64,000 nucleotides of DNA from contig NC_057749.1 in the NCBI RefSeq assembly GCF_004010195.1, forward strand, positions 10,465,409-10,529,408, given 5' to 3'. Position numbers and translations under genes: made by a program. This DNA comes from Chiloscyllium plagiosum (taxonomy: Eukaryota). Positions 13,435 through 26,604 of the stretch are shown here, one piece after another (within the stretch, counting starts at the first letter, position 1; the number at the start of each line of letters is the position of its first letter). Under the pieces are notes generated by a model. It worked only from the letters and a program-made list of their open reading frames with translations. It had not been told where the DNA came from and did no database searches.

Positions 13435-14295
13435 TGATGAATGATTTATTTATTACCACTTGCATTTTACAATGAATAATACTGTAAAATACGGTGAAAT
13501 GGTTCAACAGTCAACACAGTCCGGCACCATTTTGAATACTTTAAGAAGAAAAAGAATAAAAGGTATAACTGAGACAGTCCTGAGTCGTTTCACCAACGAC
13601 ACCTACTCTGCCAACCCCCCTCCACTGCCTCGCTGCCGCCATGCAAAGACCCACCAATGTAGAAGTTACCACTCTTTTGGTGCTATATCGTCATCACTGG
13701 GCTCACCTTGCTGACACCGATGCCAGGTCCTGGTGCTGAGCCCATACTCTCCCTGGCTCTGCTGCCACCTCGATTATACCAGGAGTTTTGACTCAAGCAT
13801 ACCATGCTTCCACTGCTGTAGCTGCTGCCTTGCCAACACCAGGAGTCCCTGCTCTGGGCCTACTGCAACTAGAAGTTCCTGGCTCCACTGCCAGACCAGG
13901 CCACTGCCACCGTCCCGCTAAGAGACCTGCTCTGGCCACCCTCCTCCGAGATCTCCCCCTGTTGGTGCCACCATCTTGAAAAGTCTGCTGCCACCATCTC
14001 GGATTGCTGGAGGACCTTTGCCACTGATGCTGCACCGCCACCAGCCTTGAACGTTGGGAGCAAGTTCCTGCTGCTGCTTCTGCCTCCACTCACCATGAGC
14101 AGCTGCATCAGCCACAGCCTCCCACAGCAGGGAGGAGCCACTATTCCATAAACGGCCCACTCTAGCTGCCACATCAATTTTGTAACTAACTCACCACAAA
14201 AGGCTCCAAAGAAAAGAAGAACTGAAGAAAAAAAATGAAAGGCAGCATGTAGGAGCGGATTCCCAGGCAGGAGTCTGCATGCGGCTCTGCAACTT
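13435..14295 (-). repeat. GC-rich non-autonomous repeat with LINE-type 3' tail; relative at ~31250-31775
   Basis: Both copies share atgaatgatttatt...ggtgaaa...tccggc(a/t)ccatttt...A-rich, then a GC-rich body and an A-rich block. Confidence 0.5.
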
Positions 14296-14629
14296 TGTCC
14301 CCATCCTGAGGTCCAGAGGAGGTAACAGAGATAGACAGGAGTCAAAACAATAACCATGACTGACAAGAGAGTTTGGGAGTCATTTCTATGTGCAAGCATT
14401 TGTTAGAACTTCGTGACTGATTCGCATTGAAGTAGGACCAGGACATTATCTATTAAGGGATTTGAAGTAGAAAATGATGCAGGGCTATAGAGAGGGAATA
14501 GTACAGTGTAAATAGTTTCCAATTGTTCTAGCAGTGGCAAACATAGATAATGATGGTGGTTGAATGAATTCCCTCTACAGTTTGTAAGAAATAAGTTAAA
14601 CACTTATGCCATAGAACATTATTTCTGCC

Positions 14630-16200
14630 TGGCAACTATAGTTGCACTTTCACCTCTGAGTCAGAAATTATTGGTTCAAGTACCACTGAATGAGCATAAC
14701 GTCCAGGCTAGCATTTCAATGCAGTATTGCAGGAATGTTGCAATATTGGAGGTGATATCCTTTGAATGAGACTTTGTACCCTGGCATATGCAAAGAAGAG
14801 CAGGGTGTCCTCACCAGCGTCCACATCAATATCTATCCCTCATCCTGAGTACACCTGGAAGTACTCAAGGATGCCCTCACAAGAACAGGGTACGATGCCC
14901 AACACATCGACCGCCAGTTCCGACGTGCCACAGCAAGGAACCGTAATGACCTCCTCAGGAGACAGTCACGTGCTGCAACTGACAGGGTACCCTTCGTTGT
15001 TCAGTATTTCCCAGCTTAAAATATATGCCATGTTCTTCGTGACCTGCAACACATCATCAATGAGGATGAGCATCTCACCAAAACCTTCCCCACATCTCCA
15101 CTACTTGCCTTCAAACAACCGCCAAACCTCAAACAGATCGTTGCTCGTAGCAAACTGCCCGGCTCTCAGGACAACTCCATACAATCCTGTCACGGTAGAC
15201 GCTGCAAGTCGTGTCAGAGTGTGGACATAGATACCACCATTACGCGTGGGGACACCTCCCACCTTGTACATGGCAGGTACTCATGTGACTCAGCCAACGT
15301 TGTCTATCTCATACATTGCAGGCAAGGATGCCCGGAGGCATGGTACATTGGGGAAACTGAGCAAAGGCTACGACAACGGATGAATGGGCACCGCACAACA
15401 ATCAACAGATAGGAGGGTTCCCTCCCAGTTGGGGAACACTTCAGTGGTCCAGAACATTCAACCTCGGACCTTTGGGTGACCATCATCCAGGCGGAGTTCA
15501 GGACAGGCAGCAGCGAAAAGTGGCCNNNNNNNNNNNNNNNNNNNNNNNNNNNNNNNNNNNNNNNNNNNNNNNNNCAACCCCCAACCCAGACAGACAGACA
15601 GACACACACACACACATAGACAGACAAAGACCCACATGCACACATATATTTTGTGGGGTGAATTTGTACTTGCAGGGTTACATTGTACTTTGCTCAAAAA
15701 CTGCATGAATTTATGTAAAACTCCATTATCTCACTTTTTAGATTAGAATCAATCTAAACATCATGGCATAGACAGAGAACACAGGGGGCCAACACCTTCA
15801 ACATATTATCTAGCTATCACCATTGTTAACAGCTAACGCGAGAATGCACCTTTTTAAAAAAAAGGTTTTGTGATTTACACATGAAATAAGTGAAGCTATC
15901 ACTGTATTCTAACAGACAAAAGGTTTAACAGACAATCGATTTTTCAATGTATAATTTCAGTTACATCACACCGTAAATTTTTGCTATAAATTCTGTGTTA
16001 GGATTGAGCCCTCCACTATCACCTGATGAAGGAGCGTCACTCTGAAAGCTAGTGCTTCCAATTAAACCTGTTGGACTATAACCTGGTGTTGTGTGATTTT
16101 TAACTTTGTACACCCCAGTCCAACACCGGCACCTCCAAATCATATCCCTCATCCAACATCATTAAAACAATTTATCAGGTCATTATCATATTGCCAGCTG
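14630..16200 (+). mobile_element. Deu-domain (SacSINE1-like) SINE split by a Penelope insertion (14630-14845 and 16143-16200)
   Basis: cacctctgagtcagaa...ggttcaagt...gaagagcagg...tatccctca..caacatcattaaaaca...ggtcattatca resembles the recalled Deu consensus. Confidence 0.6.
14846..16142 (+). mobile_element. 5'-truncated Penelope-like element (RT C-terminus, GIY-YIG endonuclease, pseudo-LTR with hammerhead)
   Basis: SCDSANVVYLIHC...WYIGETEQRLRQRMNGHR; TSD TATCCCTCATCC (14834-14845 and 16143-16154); CAC-CTGATGA-AGGAGCGTCACTCT-GAAA-GCTA-GTG at 16020-16054; contains gap 15526-15574. Confidence 0.88.
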
Positions 16201-16329
16201 TCTGTTTAATAGCCTTCTCACTGCTGAAACAAAACCCATCTTTTGATTTTGATAAGCACCTTTAGGTCCTGGATATTACATGGTGATAATTGCTAACAAC
16301 TAAAATGCAGTGAGGGATGCCATATAAAC

Positions 16330-16706
16330 ATGGTACTCAGTTATTGATATTGCTAATTATCTCTCTGCCTTAATTAATCAGATCACAGTTCATACCTTCA
16401 CTTGCTATTCAGCTGTTGACACTTCACTCACACCGTTTGACTTTTGATCATCTGCAAAGACTTGTTATTCAGCCTGTTGACACTCCACTCACACCATTTG
16501 CACTATACTTTGGCACTCTTAATTACCTGGAATTGTCTTGCAATTATCTTTCCATCTACAAATTCTGTGCCTGTGCACTTCCTTCCACTCCAACTGACAA
16601 AGGAGGAGTGCTCCAAAAGCTTGTGATTTCAAACAAATCTGTTGAACTATAACTGTGTGACTTCTGACTTTGCTCACCCCAGTCCAACACTGGCATTTCC
16701 ACATCA
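16330..16706 (+). mobile_element. Older Penelope pseudo-LTR related to the 16020-16142 terminus
   Basis: ctgttgaactataac...gtgtgacttctgactttg..caccccagtccaacactggcatttccacatca parallels 16067-16142. Confidence 0.65.
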
Positions 16707-17609
16707 CTGATACTGCCAATAGTAGTTCTGGGTAATACACGCTACCTTTTATGTTCTTAATATATGCAGAAATGTGGAATTTAATCCAATATTGTACTGC
16801 ATCTTAAATTATTCTGTTTTATCACCCCCAAACATTGAACAACAATGTATCTGCATTCAAGTGAACAGTTATGTGCCATTGCAGATATAAGTTTTCACAT
16901 TTTAGTGCATCATTGAAAATGTAGCACTCTGCAATCCTTGTATCATGAACAATGATTTTCTACATTAACCTAAAATTATCGTAATAAAATTCACTTGTAT
17001 TTGGTGAACTGCATGATCACCGCTGACTTTCAGAAAATGCAAGGTAATTCTTAAAACATATTCCTATACTGCCCTCGTGTGGCAATGTCTGCTCGTGAGA
17101 AGTTCTGTAAAGATAAAAATCAATTAACACGAGAGATTTTTTTCTGCATGTTATTTATAAACATGTTAAGTGTATTGTTTTAAATACAATTACAAATGCA
17201 AAACAATATTTAGACCAAATACTGACTTTAATTTGATATGAGATTCCACAATGCCCAGTAAATGATTCTAGTTAATCCCATTCAGCTTTCCCTTACATAA
17301 ACAATATTTTGTAGCATAAATCAAGTTGGGGAATCCTTCCAACATGCTGCCAAACTAAAGAATACACTCACTTTTTCATGTCAGTGTACAATCCAAGGTT
17401 TTAAAAAAATACATTACCAAATAAAAGCAATTGCTAATTGAGTATTGTAAAGGGGACTGCCCTTCAGTAAGGTACAAATGATCTCAAGATCACTGCTTAA
17501 AGAAAAGCGACGGATTGTAAAATCAGGTAGATTGTAAATCAGTATTCCTCCCCAATAAAATATGTTTTCTGAAAAAGTTTGTATTCTAAGATTCTACTGA
17601 GAATGAATT

Positions 17610-17922
17610 CGATTAGATTAGATTACAGATTAGATTAGATTACATTACAGTATGGAAACAGGCCCTTCGGCCCAACAAGTCCACACCGACCCGCCGAAGC
17701 GCAACCCACCCATACCCCTACATTTACCCCTATACCTAACACTACGGGCAATTTAGCATGGCCAATTCACCTGACCTGCACATCTTTGGATGATGGGAGG
17801 AAACCGGAGGACCCGGAGGAAACCCACGCAGACACGGGGAGAACGTGCAAACTCCACACAGTCAGTCGCCTGAGTCAGGAATTGAACCCGGGTCTCTGGC
17901 GCTGCGAGGCAGCAGTGCTAAT
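17610..17922 (-). mobile_element. HE1-like tRNA-derived SINE with (GATTA)n tail
   Basis: Reverse strand ttagcactgctgcctcgcagcgccagagacccgggttcaattcc head; gattagattag tail repeats; followed by a plus-strand SINE fragment ~17945-18195. Confidence 0.82.
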
Positions 17923-19717
17923 TCACAACAGAAAACTGGAGCTTGGTCCATGTGAGGTTTGTACATTCTCCCCGTGATGCGTAGGTTTCCTGTCCAAAGA
18001 TGTGCAGGTTAGGTGGATTGGCCATGCTTAATTGCTCATAGTGTCCAGGGATGTACAAGCTAGATGGATTAGCCAGAGGAAATACAGAGTTACTGGGAGA
18101 AGATAGAGGGTGGGTCTGGGTGGGATGGTCTTCGGAGGGCCAGTGTGAACTCGATGGGCCGACTGGCCTGCTTCAGTACTGTGGAGATTCTAAGATTCAA
18201 TTTCCAAAATGTACCAACAGAGATAACCCAATAAGTTACAATTCACTTTGACTATTATTCAAAGAAAAATGCTAAAATCTTGCATTAAAATTTGAATTAA
18301 TAGGTGTCCAACGAAGAGAACACGATTAGGATTAGCCAGTCAAATTTAAGAAAATTTATTGCAGTAGACAAAAAGAGGTGACAGGTAATGCAATGGAGAA
18401 AATTCAATGGCTGTGGCCGACAGATCTTTTAGAAAGCCTTTTTTTGCCACGAGACTCAGAGAAAATTCAGACGTCTGGAAATGGGAAGAGTGTAGCAAAT
18501 GCAACTAAATAATGGTTTGGGGATAGGAAACAAAATATACATGCAAAGTACAGTTTAGAAGTGAAGGTCTAAAGTTAGTTTTTGGATCTTCTTCTGTTTT
18601 CTCTATACAGCAATTACTTCAACTTAAGTCTGGATGGATTTCCATTCAACTTAGCAGAAAGGAGGCATAACAAATAATGCTAAAGATCAGTGATAGCTGC
18701 AAGGGGGTACTAATTATGGTGGAATAAACAAAGTAATTGCAGATGGCACTTAACTTCAGTAAACGTTCGGTGGTATATTTTGGTAAATAAATTATTATGC
18801 TGTTAATGGACAATGTGGACTTTGGAGTTTAGATTCACAACTCACCAATAGTACCTCAAGGAATTAAGTTATTTTTATGAATACACATTTATTTGCATTA
18901 CAAAGTACCATGCACAATATCCCAAAAATCAAAAATCCCTCATAATAACTTTAATGACAATTGGAAGCCAATTTTTACGCAAAGACGTTCCACAAATAGA
19001 AAGGGTAAAACAGCAGATAGTGTGCATTATTTATGTCAATTGAGATGTAACTATTAGACACTATGTCAGGATTACCAATCTGCTCTACAAATAATGATTC
19101 TGTACTGAAATGTCAAGCTAGTATCTGAATACAGATTTGAATTGACAACATTCTGACTCAGAAGAAGTCATACTAAACTTAAAAAATAAAATCCTTTTCT
19201 CTCGCCAGACCTGTTGAGCTTCTCTAGCACTTTCCATTTTTACTTCACTAAAAACACAATTAGGTACGTGAGGAATCTTTGAAGTAAAATGTGAAAATTG
19301 GGACTGCATTTGTTATAATAATTGATTTATTTTATAAAGTTATTGAAAACTTCAAAAAATGATAGAGTAAATTTGGAAACAACGGGCAAGTGGGGTTAGA
19401 AATATTTCTCCCAAAGAGGTTAAACACCAACACAGATGATTACACTTTTATATTTTCTCTGTAATTTTGTGTGAAATCACTATGATTATTCATTTGATGT
19501 GATGCATTAACACAAGTAATTGAGCTACATTCGATATATTAATGCAAACATAAAGGGATTACAGTTCAATAATTACAAAACATTTTACATAGTAAGCAAA
19601 AAAACTTTATTCTTAACAATCTATCATTGAGCAAAACATAACAGGCTACTGCAAAAGTTCATACCTTCACCAATGTTCAAAGGCTTTTTTTTCAGTTGAA
19701 GCTGATTTCAGTCCTGT

Positions 19718-19875
19718 TTAATTTGTATGAATAAATGTGTGGTTCCTGTTTCTGCTTTTTAAAACTGAAAATATTTTGTCTCTATGGGCACAGCAGACTG
19801 AATAACCTGCGCTGCCTGGAATGAAGTCGTACAAATCTCCTGGGTACTTCTTCAGCTCGTCAATAGAGATAAAAC
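19718..19875 (-). CDS. TERB2: TERB2 last coding exon (GFISIDELKKYPGDLYDFIPGSAGYSVCCAHRDKIFSVLKSRNRNHTFIHTN*)
   Basis: 158 nt, ggttag| acceptor, TAA at 19720-19718; matches recalled human GYISIDAMKKFLGELHDFIPGTSGY; total spliced CDS 696 nt = 231 aa. Confidence 0.92.
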
Positions 19876-19978
19876 CTAACCAGAAGTATCAAAACAAATG
19901 ACTACAGTTAAATCAAAACTATTCCCTTTTGTGCACTTTCTTCATAGAATTAACAATAATCCACTGTGTGCTTTTATA

Positions 19979-20586
19979 GCTGAAAATGTGTTGCTGGAAA
20001 AGCGCAGGTCAGGCAGCATCCAAGGTGCAGGAGAATCGACGTTTCAGGCATGAGCCCTACTTCAGGAATGAGGAAAGTGTGCCAAGCAGCTAAGATAAAA
20101 GGTAGGGAGGAGAGACTTGGGGGAGGGGTGTTGGAAATGCGACAGGTGGAAGGAGGTTAAGGTGAGGGTGATANNNNNNNNNNNNNNNNNNNNNNNNNNN
20201 NNNNNNNNNNNNNNNNNNNNNNNNNNNNNNNNNNNNNNNNGCTAAGATAAAAGGTAGGGAGGAGGGACTTGGGGGAGGGACATTGGGAATGCGATAGGTG
20301 GAAGGAGGTGAAGGTGAGGGTGATAGGCTGGAGAGGGGGTGGGCTCTCCGGCCTATCACCCTCATCTTAACCTCCTTCCACCTATCGCATTTCCAATGCC
20401 CCTCCCCCAAGTCTCTCCTCCCTACCTTTTATCTTAGCCTGCTTGGCACACTTTCCTCATTTCTGAAGTAGGGCTCATGCCCGAAACATCGATTCTCCTG
20501 CTCCTTGGATGCTGCCTGACCTGCTGCCCTTTTCCAACAACACATTTTCAGCTCTGATCTCCAGCATCTGCAGTCCTCACTTTCTC
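19979..20586. mobile_element. Palindromic Penelope pseudo-LTR insertion in the last TERB2 intron
   Basis: Inverted arms ~19979-20173 and ~20350-20552; 15-bp TSD CTGTGTGCTTTTATA (19964-19978 and 20587-20601); contains gap 20174-20240. Confidence 0.82.
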
Positions 20587-21774
20587 CTGTGTGCTTTTAT
20601 ATCTTGGGAAACTTTGCTGCAAGATGCAGTGACTTCTAATTATCTAATTTTTAATACATGATCTCAGTGAAAAATGAAACTCACAGAGATTCAAAATAAA
20701 ATTTAAATACAACCAAAATATCACATATTGAGGCTACTGTAAGTGTTGGAAGATGTATGATTGCAAAGCAGCTAAGAAACCTATTTTTCATTTCATAATA
20801 CCCAATTAAATATCATTGTAATAAAAATCAGAGAATGCTGGAAAATGCAAGTCAGACAGCATCAGTGAAGACAGAAACAAGTTAATATTCCAGGTCTGTG
20901 ACCTTCAATTAGAACTGCAGGAAGTTAGAAACAATAGGTTTTCAATAAGTGAAAGGAAAGCACTACGACAGGGAGGAAGGCATAATGATTAAATGTCAAA
21001 ACATTGTATGGCACAAGGCGAAAAAGAGGGATATTGGGATAAGTAAAGAAACGAAAGGTATGTCTAGAGGGGGTATGAATGGCAGGAATAGGAACAGTTA
21101 CAATTCAAAAGCAAAGGAAGCAAGCGAGAAACCAGAAAAAAACAAAAACTAAAGGGCATACTAAAATACTGAACTCAAAACTGAATCCAAAAGGCTATAA
21201 ATTAGCTGAATGAGAAGATGCAGTTCTTTCAATCTGTGTTAAACTTAAATGGAACATTGTAGCAAGCAACAGACAGAGAGGGAGAGCAAGGTGGAGAATT
21301 AAAATAACAGGCAAGTAGAAGCTTGGTGTGATGCTCATGGATCGAACAGATGTATTCTGCAAAACTCTCACCTGGACAGTATTTGTTTTCCCCGGTTTAG
21401 ACAGATAGATTGTGAGGAGCAAACAGATGAATATTTTGATGGTGTTTAAGAAGAAATTGAGTGAAGCACAACCACCAGCCTGTTTCTAGTTCTGGAATAA
21501 TGGACTCTATGTAACTCAACATAATAAAAGACTTTTGAATTCAAATGTTTCTCCACAACACCATTCAGAGCAACTACAACAAAAATCAGCTTTGATGAAA
21601 ACAGGTATTGAAACAGTGCAGAATGTGAGAGAAAGAATAATGTCTAATAGGAATAAACAAACTGTACAAAAGGGAGGCTAGGGGAAGAATGTTGATCAAG
21701 AGTGCTGGATGCCATGAGAAAGCTTCAAAGGGACAGCATACCAAATATTGTCTCTGGAGGACGAGTTATTAAGG

Positions 21775-22170
21775 AAACAACTTGCATTAATATTGTCTTT
21801 CACAACCTTGGGATGTCTCAAAAAATTCATTAGCTTGAATGTTTAAATATAGTTGCTGCAGCAAATACAACAGACATCTTATAGAGTGCAAAGTCCCTAA
21901 AAGATAAATTATTAAAAAATGTATTTTGATGATGTTGGTTAAGACATTAAAACTGGGACGTGGAGGAATACATCTTCTTATTGGAACAGTGCAATGGGAT
22001 CTTCCTTATCCTCAAACACAGAGAAATGCGATTTCTATCTAATAGAATATCTAAACATCCATCACTCTATAAGTACTGCACTGAAATATCGCCCTAGATT
22101 GCATGTTTAAGCTATGCAACGGCAATTCAACCCAACATGTAATTCATAGAAAAACTGCTACCAAGCTGGT
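21775..22170 (-). mobile_element. Old Deu-domain SINE
   Basis: Reverse-complement similarity to the 14630-16200 SINE (acttgcatt tail; tgatgttggttaag; ggatcttcc; actgcactgaaatatc). Confidence 0.5.
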
Positions 22171-22269
22171 ACTGGGAAATCAATTAAATTCAAGACATTT
22201 TACCAGTATTGAATAAGTTATGATGCAAGATATATTTATAATTTGTATTTAAATATCATTTATTTTAGA

Positions 22270-23110
22270 GTATGGATTTTGAGGTGGTGGCATGTGGATT
22301 TGGTCGGTGTCTATGAAGGGTTTAATTATTAACTTGGAGGTTTTGCTGCAGCCATGGTACTTTCATTTAAAACACAGATTGAAATAAACCTTCTGGAGAG
22401 TAACGGGAATTTGGTTTTATTCAGTGAGTTTTATAAGTGAATATTGTTATCAAATGTGCATTACATTTCAAGTATAAGATTCCAAAATGGATTTATTTTT
22501 TAACTTTAGGGGAAACACCCATAGCTGGAAAAGAGACTTTTAGTCTGAAGCAGCTTTGCAGAAGTCTTAGCTCAAGCTGGATATGTAAAACAGTTGCTCC
22601 TAAAGAAAGTTTAGAGCTATTAAGAAATAGGTTACACCTCAATGTAAGGAGTTTATTTTAAATTCCAGACCAGAAATGTTAGGTTAAATTCTTGAAGGGG
22701 TTATTTGAAGGTGAGAAAGTCTACTTTCAATTGTATTCAAGCTCAAGAACAGATGATCAGATTCTCCAAAAGGGGAGTGAAGCCAAAACTAAGTCAAACC
22801 ATCTGTATGAGAAAGGAATTCTCTCTGCCTTTGAGTACTGTAAAGGAATGCTGTCAGGATTAGTTGCGGTTTAGTGCGTGTTTTGAAATAATTAAACTTT
22901 TGTTGTATGTAAAGTTGGCTTATTCAATTTTATCTTAATTTCTTTTATGTAACAAACTTGTGGTTTATTGTTAAAACCAAATCGGCAGCATAACATACAT
23001 TTGTTTCAGTGAAAGACCAAACTCTTAAAACCAAAACAAAAATGATCTATAAAACCAGATTTCAGTTTGGGATTTGACTTGACCAGTAATAACATCAACT
23101 GGGATCATAA
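22270..23110 (+). repeat. Probable solo LTR; related end on the opposite strand at ~31126-31230
   Basis: 23052-23110 is the reverse complement of 31126-31185 (atcccag.tgatgtta..actgg.ca.gtca.atcccaaactgaaa); left limit approximate. Confidence 0.45.
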
Positions 23111-23135
23111 ATTATAAATGCAATCTATTTCTTAC

Positions 23136-23224
23136 CAGTTACCATGTTGTTTACAGGGTACATCTGTTGAACGTGACAAGTTGTAGCTTCAAATGATGGT
23201 GTTTCAATCCCTAAATTCTGGTTT
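23136..23224 (-). CDS. TERB2: TERB2 coding exon 6 (RNQNLGIETPSFEATTCHVQQMYPVNNMVT)
   Basis: 89 nt (92 nt with the alternative NAGNAG acceptor at 23227), |gtaag donor, phase 2 to 1; YPVNNMVT as in human TERB2. Confidence 0.92.
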
Positions 23225-24193
23225 CTGCTTTGAAAACGTTATACAGCAACATTTCAGAACCAAGTTCAAATACCTTTGTATAACCCTGAGATACTAAAGT
23301 AATTGTCATGACATTTGTGGTTAAAACTGACAGACGCTTGATGAACTCCCAAGAATTTATACCAGCTTCCAATGTTTTCGTTTGCCTACACTATAAGTTA
23401 TGTATTTAGTAAATCCCAATGGGTCTAGGCAGTGACTGCAGTGCTACAAAACTGCACACAAGGTTCACTAAAATCCCATAAAATATCTCATTTAGTTACT
23501 TGGCACAATGTATTATGAACACTTGAGGGGCTTTTCAGTTGCTAAATGCCCATTTGGTAAATAGTTTCATAGCTAACCATAGGGCTGGATACATTTTAAT
23601 TCTAGATGGTCCTCTCCTTTAAGAAAATATCATCCTTTCCTTTACAATAGCTTTCTTCAGATCCGCACTGACCTGTCTTTCAATAAAAACCTTATGTTAC
23701 ACCAACAAAAAATAAGTGATTGACAGCTCCAGTAGCCTTTGTATACTGTCTGCTGTGATCCTGTAATTCTTACTATTTTGTCACTTGCCACATGCTCCTC
23801 AATGATTTACGCATCTCTCCTGACCCTTCAATACAGTTAAATTATCAGGTAAGTTATCAATAATTGGAGGAGCAGAAATTTTCCGCTAAGAAAATACTCA
23901 GAAGATAATTTTCAGTCCCCATGCCAAGTTCCATTTCAGTTGTCACCCTGTGCTCTCCACTTGGCCTCTCTAACTCAGTAATTCCTTTAGTTCTACAACT
24001 CACCAAGATCTCTATGCTCATCTAATTCTACCCTCATGAGCATCGCCAATTTTAATTTCTCTATCATTCTGAGGCACTAATCTCTGGAATTCCCTTCTTC
24101 CACCTCTCTGCCTTGTTTCCCTCCTTTACCAAACTCCTTAAAGCCCACATCTTTGGCCTAGCTTTTGCTCACCTGACCGAATACCTCCTTTTG

Positions 24194-24433
24194 CTCTGGA
24201 TGTAGGTTTGCTTGCTGAGTTGCAAGGTTCAATTTCAGATGTTTCGTTACCATACTAGGTAACATCTTCAATGAGCCTCCAGACGAAGCCTTCAGAAGGC
24301 TTCGTCTGGACGCTCACTGAAGATGTTACCTAGTATGATGATGAAACGCCTGAAAATGAATCTTCCATCTCAGCAAGCAAACTTACATCCAGAACCTCAA
24401 CCTGAGCTACAAATCATCTCAAAACTCACTAAT
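24194..24433. mobile_element. Palindromic Penelope pseudo-LTR (second family) with hammerhead core
   Basis: ~95-bp inverted arms centred near 24294; TSD CTCCTTTTG (24185-24193 and 24434-24442); CTGAAGA 24317-24323 and GAAA 24343-24346; same family as 33460-33575. Confidence 0.8.
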
Positions 24434-24699
24434 CTCCTTTTGTGTCTTGGTGTCATATTTTGTCTTAAAACATTCCTGTGAAGAACTCTGGATTCTTTAC
24501 TATGTTAAAGGCACTGTACAAAAATAAGCTTCAGCTGTTGTTGTCATATGAGGGCCACTTATTTCTGCTAAATGTCATTCATAATCCTGAGATAACTAGG
24601 TCTCTCCCAAGGAGAATCATACAAATTCCAATTCAGAAGAAATTTCACATCAATTAACTGACAATAGTTGATGTAATTCTTATAGTTGGGGAAGTATCT

Positions 24700-26190
24700 G
24701 ACATAATCATATTATTATACAAAGGTAGAGGAGAAAGGGAATTGAGACTGGTTAGCCTGACATCGGCAATATTAAAGTCCATTTTAAAAGATGTATGACA
24801 GACCACTTGAAAAACAGTGACTGGATCAGACAGATACAGCAAAGATTTATGAAAGGGAAATTATGGTTGACAAACTTATGGAATTTTTCAAGGACATAAC
24901 TCATAGATGTGATAAGGGAGAGCCAGTGCTGTGATTTACTTGAACTTTCTGAAGGCTTTTGATAAGGTCCCACATAAGAAATTAGGAGCTACGAATAAAT
25001 GAATCTTATTCTGTGGCACCCAGTGACTAGTGGAGCATGACAGGAATCAGTGCTTGGACCCCAATTATTCATAAGATAACTATGATTTTGCTGAGGGAAC
25101 TAAATGTAATTTCTCCAAATAGACGGATGACACAAAACTGGGTGGGAGGGTGAACTATGAGGAGGATGGAGAGATATGCTTCAGTATAATTTGCTTAAGT
25201 TGAGTGAGTGGGCAAATGCATGGCAAATGAAATATAATGTGGATGAATGTGAGGTTATCCAGTTTGGAAGCAAAAACAAGAAGGCAGATTATTAAATGAA
25301 TGGTGATAGATGGGGAAAACAGGACTCTTGGGTATCCACATACACATATCGCTGAAATTAAGTAAGCAGTTATAGCAGACAATGAAGGGGAAAATGGTTT
25401 GCTGGCCTTCATTGTGAGAAAATTCAAATATAGGAGCAAGAATATCTTGCTACAGTTGTACAATTATCTTGGTGAGATTACATTTGGAGTTCTGTGTGAA
25501 ATATGATCTCCATATCTGGTAAACTGTCCATAGCTTCTAGAGATGTGCAGGCTAGGTGCATTAGCCATGGGAAATGCAGCATTACAGGTTGGGGAGATGG
25601 GTCTGGGTGGGATGCTCTTCCAAACTGCAGGAATCATATGATTCTATCTGAGCAAAGATATTCTGAGTGTGAAGGGAATGCAACAAAAGGATGGCAGGAC
25701 TTGTGACTGAAAAGAGACTGGATTGGTTAGGACTAGATTTATTGAGTTTAGAAGAATGAGAAGGGACGCAAAGAAACTCATAAAATTCTAACAGGACTAG
25801 ACAGGGTAAACGTAGGATGTTCCCGATGACCTGGGATTCCAGAATAATTTAAAGATACAAGATGAGGAGAAATTTCTTCATTCATAGAATGGTCAGCCTA
25901 TGTACTTCACTGCCATAGGAAGTGTCTGATACCAAGACACTGAATTTTTTGAGAAGGATTTCTATGTAACTATTTGGGCTAAAAGGGGTCAAAAGGTACA
26001 TAGAGAAAGGAAAAACGGGCATTGAGTTGGATGATCAGGCATGAGGTAAAAACAATGACTGCAGATGCTGGAAACCAGATTCTGGATTAGTGGTGCTGGA
26101 AGAGCACAGCAATTCAGGCAACATCCAAGGAGAGTGCAGCAGGCTCCAAGGGCTAAATGGCCATTATCTGCTCCTATTTTTATGTTTCTA
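24700..26190 (+). mobile_element. Old CR1 LINE with small SINE and Penelope fragments inserted
   Basis: SLTS, KAFDKVPH and DDTKLGG motifs; CR1 3' tail ~26130-26190. Confidence 0.7.
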
Positions 26191-26604
26191 TATTTCTATA
26201 ATTTGCTTCAGGGTACACCTATTCCAATCACTGTCTCACAAGGGGTGCCTGAAAATTGACTTTAAGGGGCACGCCCCATTACCAACTAAACTAAAATTGA
26301 TATTCTCAGCAATGCTACTGTGAATCAGAAAGTTTATAATCATGATATCTAAAATAAATAACATGCAATAACATTCTAATGTATCAGCTGCTACATCACA
26401 TGTAGTTACATGAAAAATAAGCATTATAATGCTTATTGTGTCAAATGCACAACCAAATATCTAATATTTTATGCAACAATTCTAATAAATTGCTCAAAGG
26501 CAGTTTTGAGTTGTGACTATGGAGATCTAACTTGTTGTGAAAAGTTGGATTAAAATATGGATTTTTGGCATTATTCCACAACAACAGCCAAAACAGTTTT
26601 TTTC

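Noticed and set aside
17840..17922. tRNA-like A/B boxes here and at ~26880, ~46250 and ~53300
   Set aside because: They are SINE heads followed by SINE bodies and tails, not tRNA genes.
19665..19806. Apparent extra intron and exon at the TERB2 3' end (gcag|gttatt ... aaacag|)
   Set aside because: Reading through gives GSAGY, matching human GTSGY, and a normal stop at 19718; no intron is needed.
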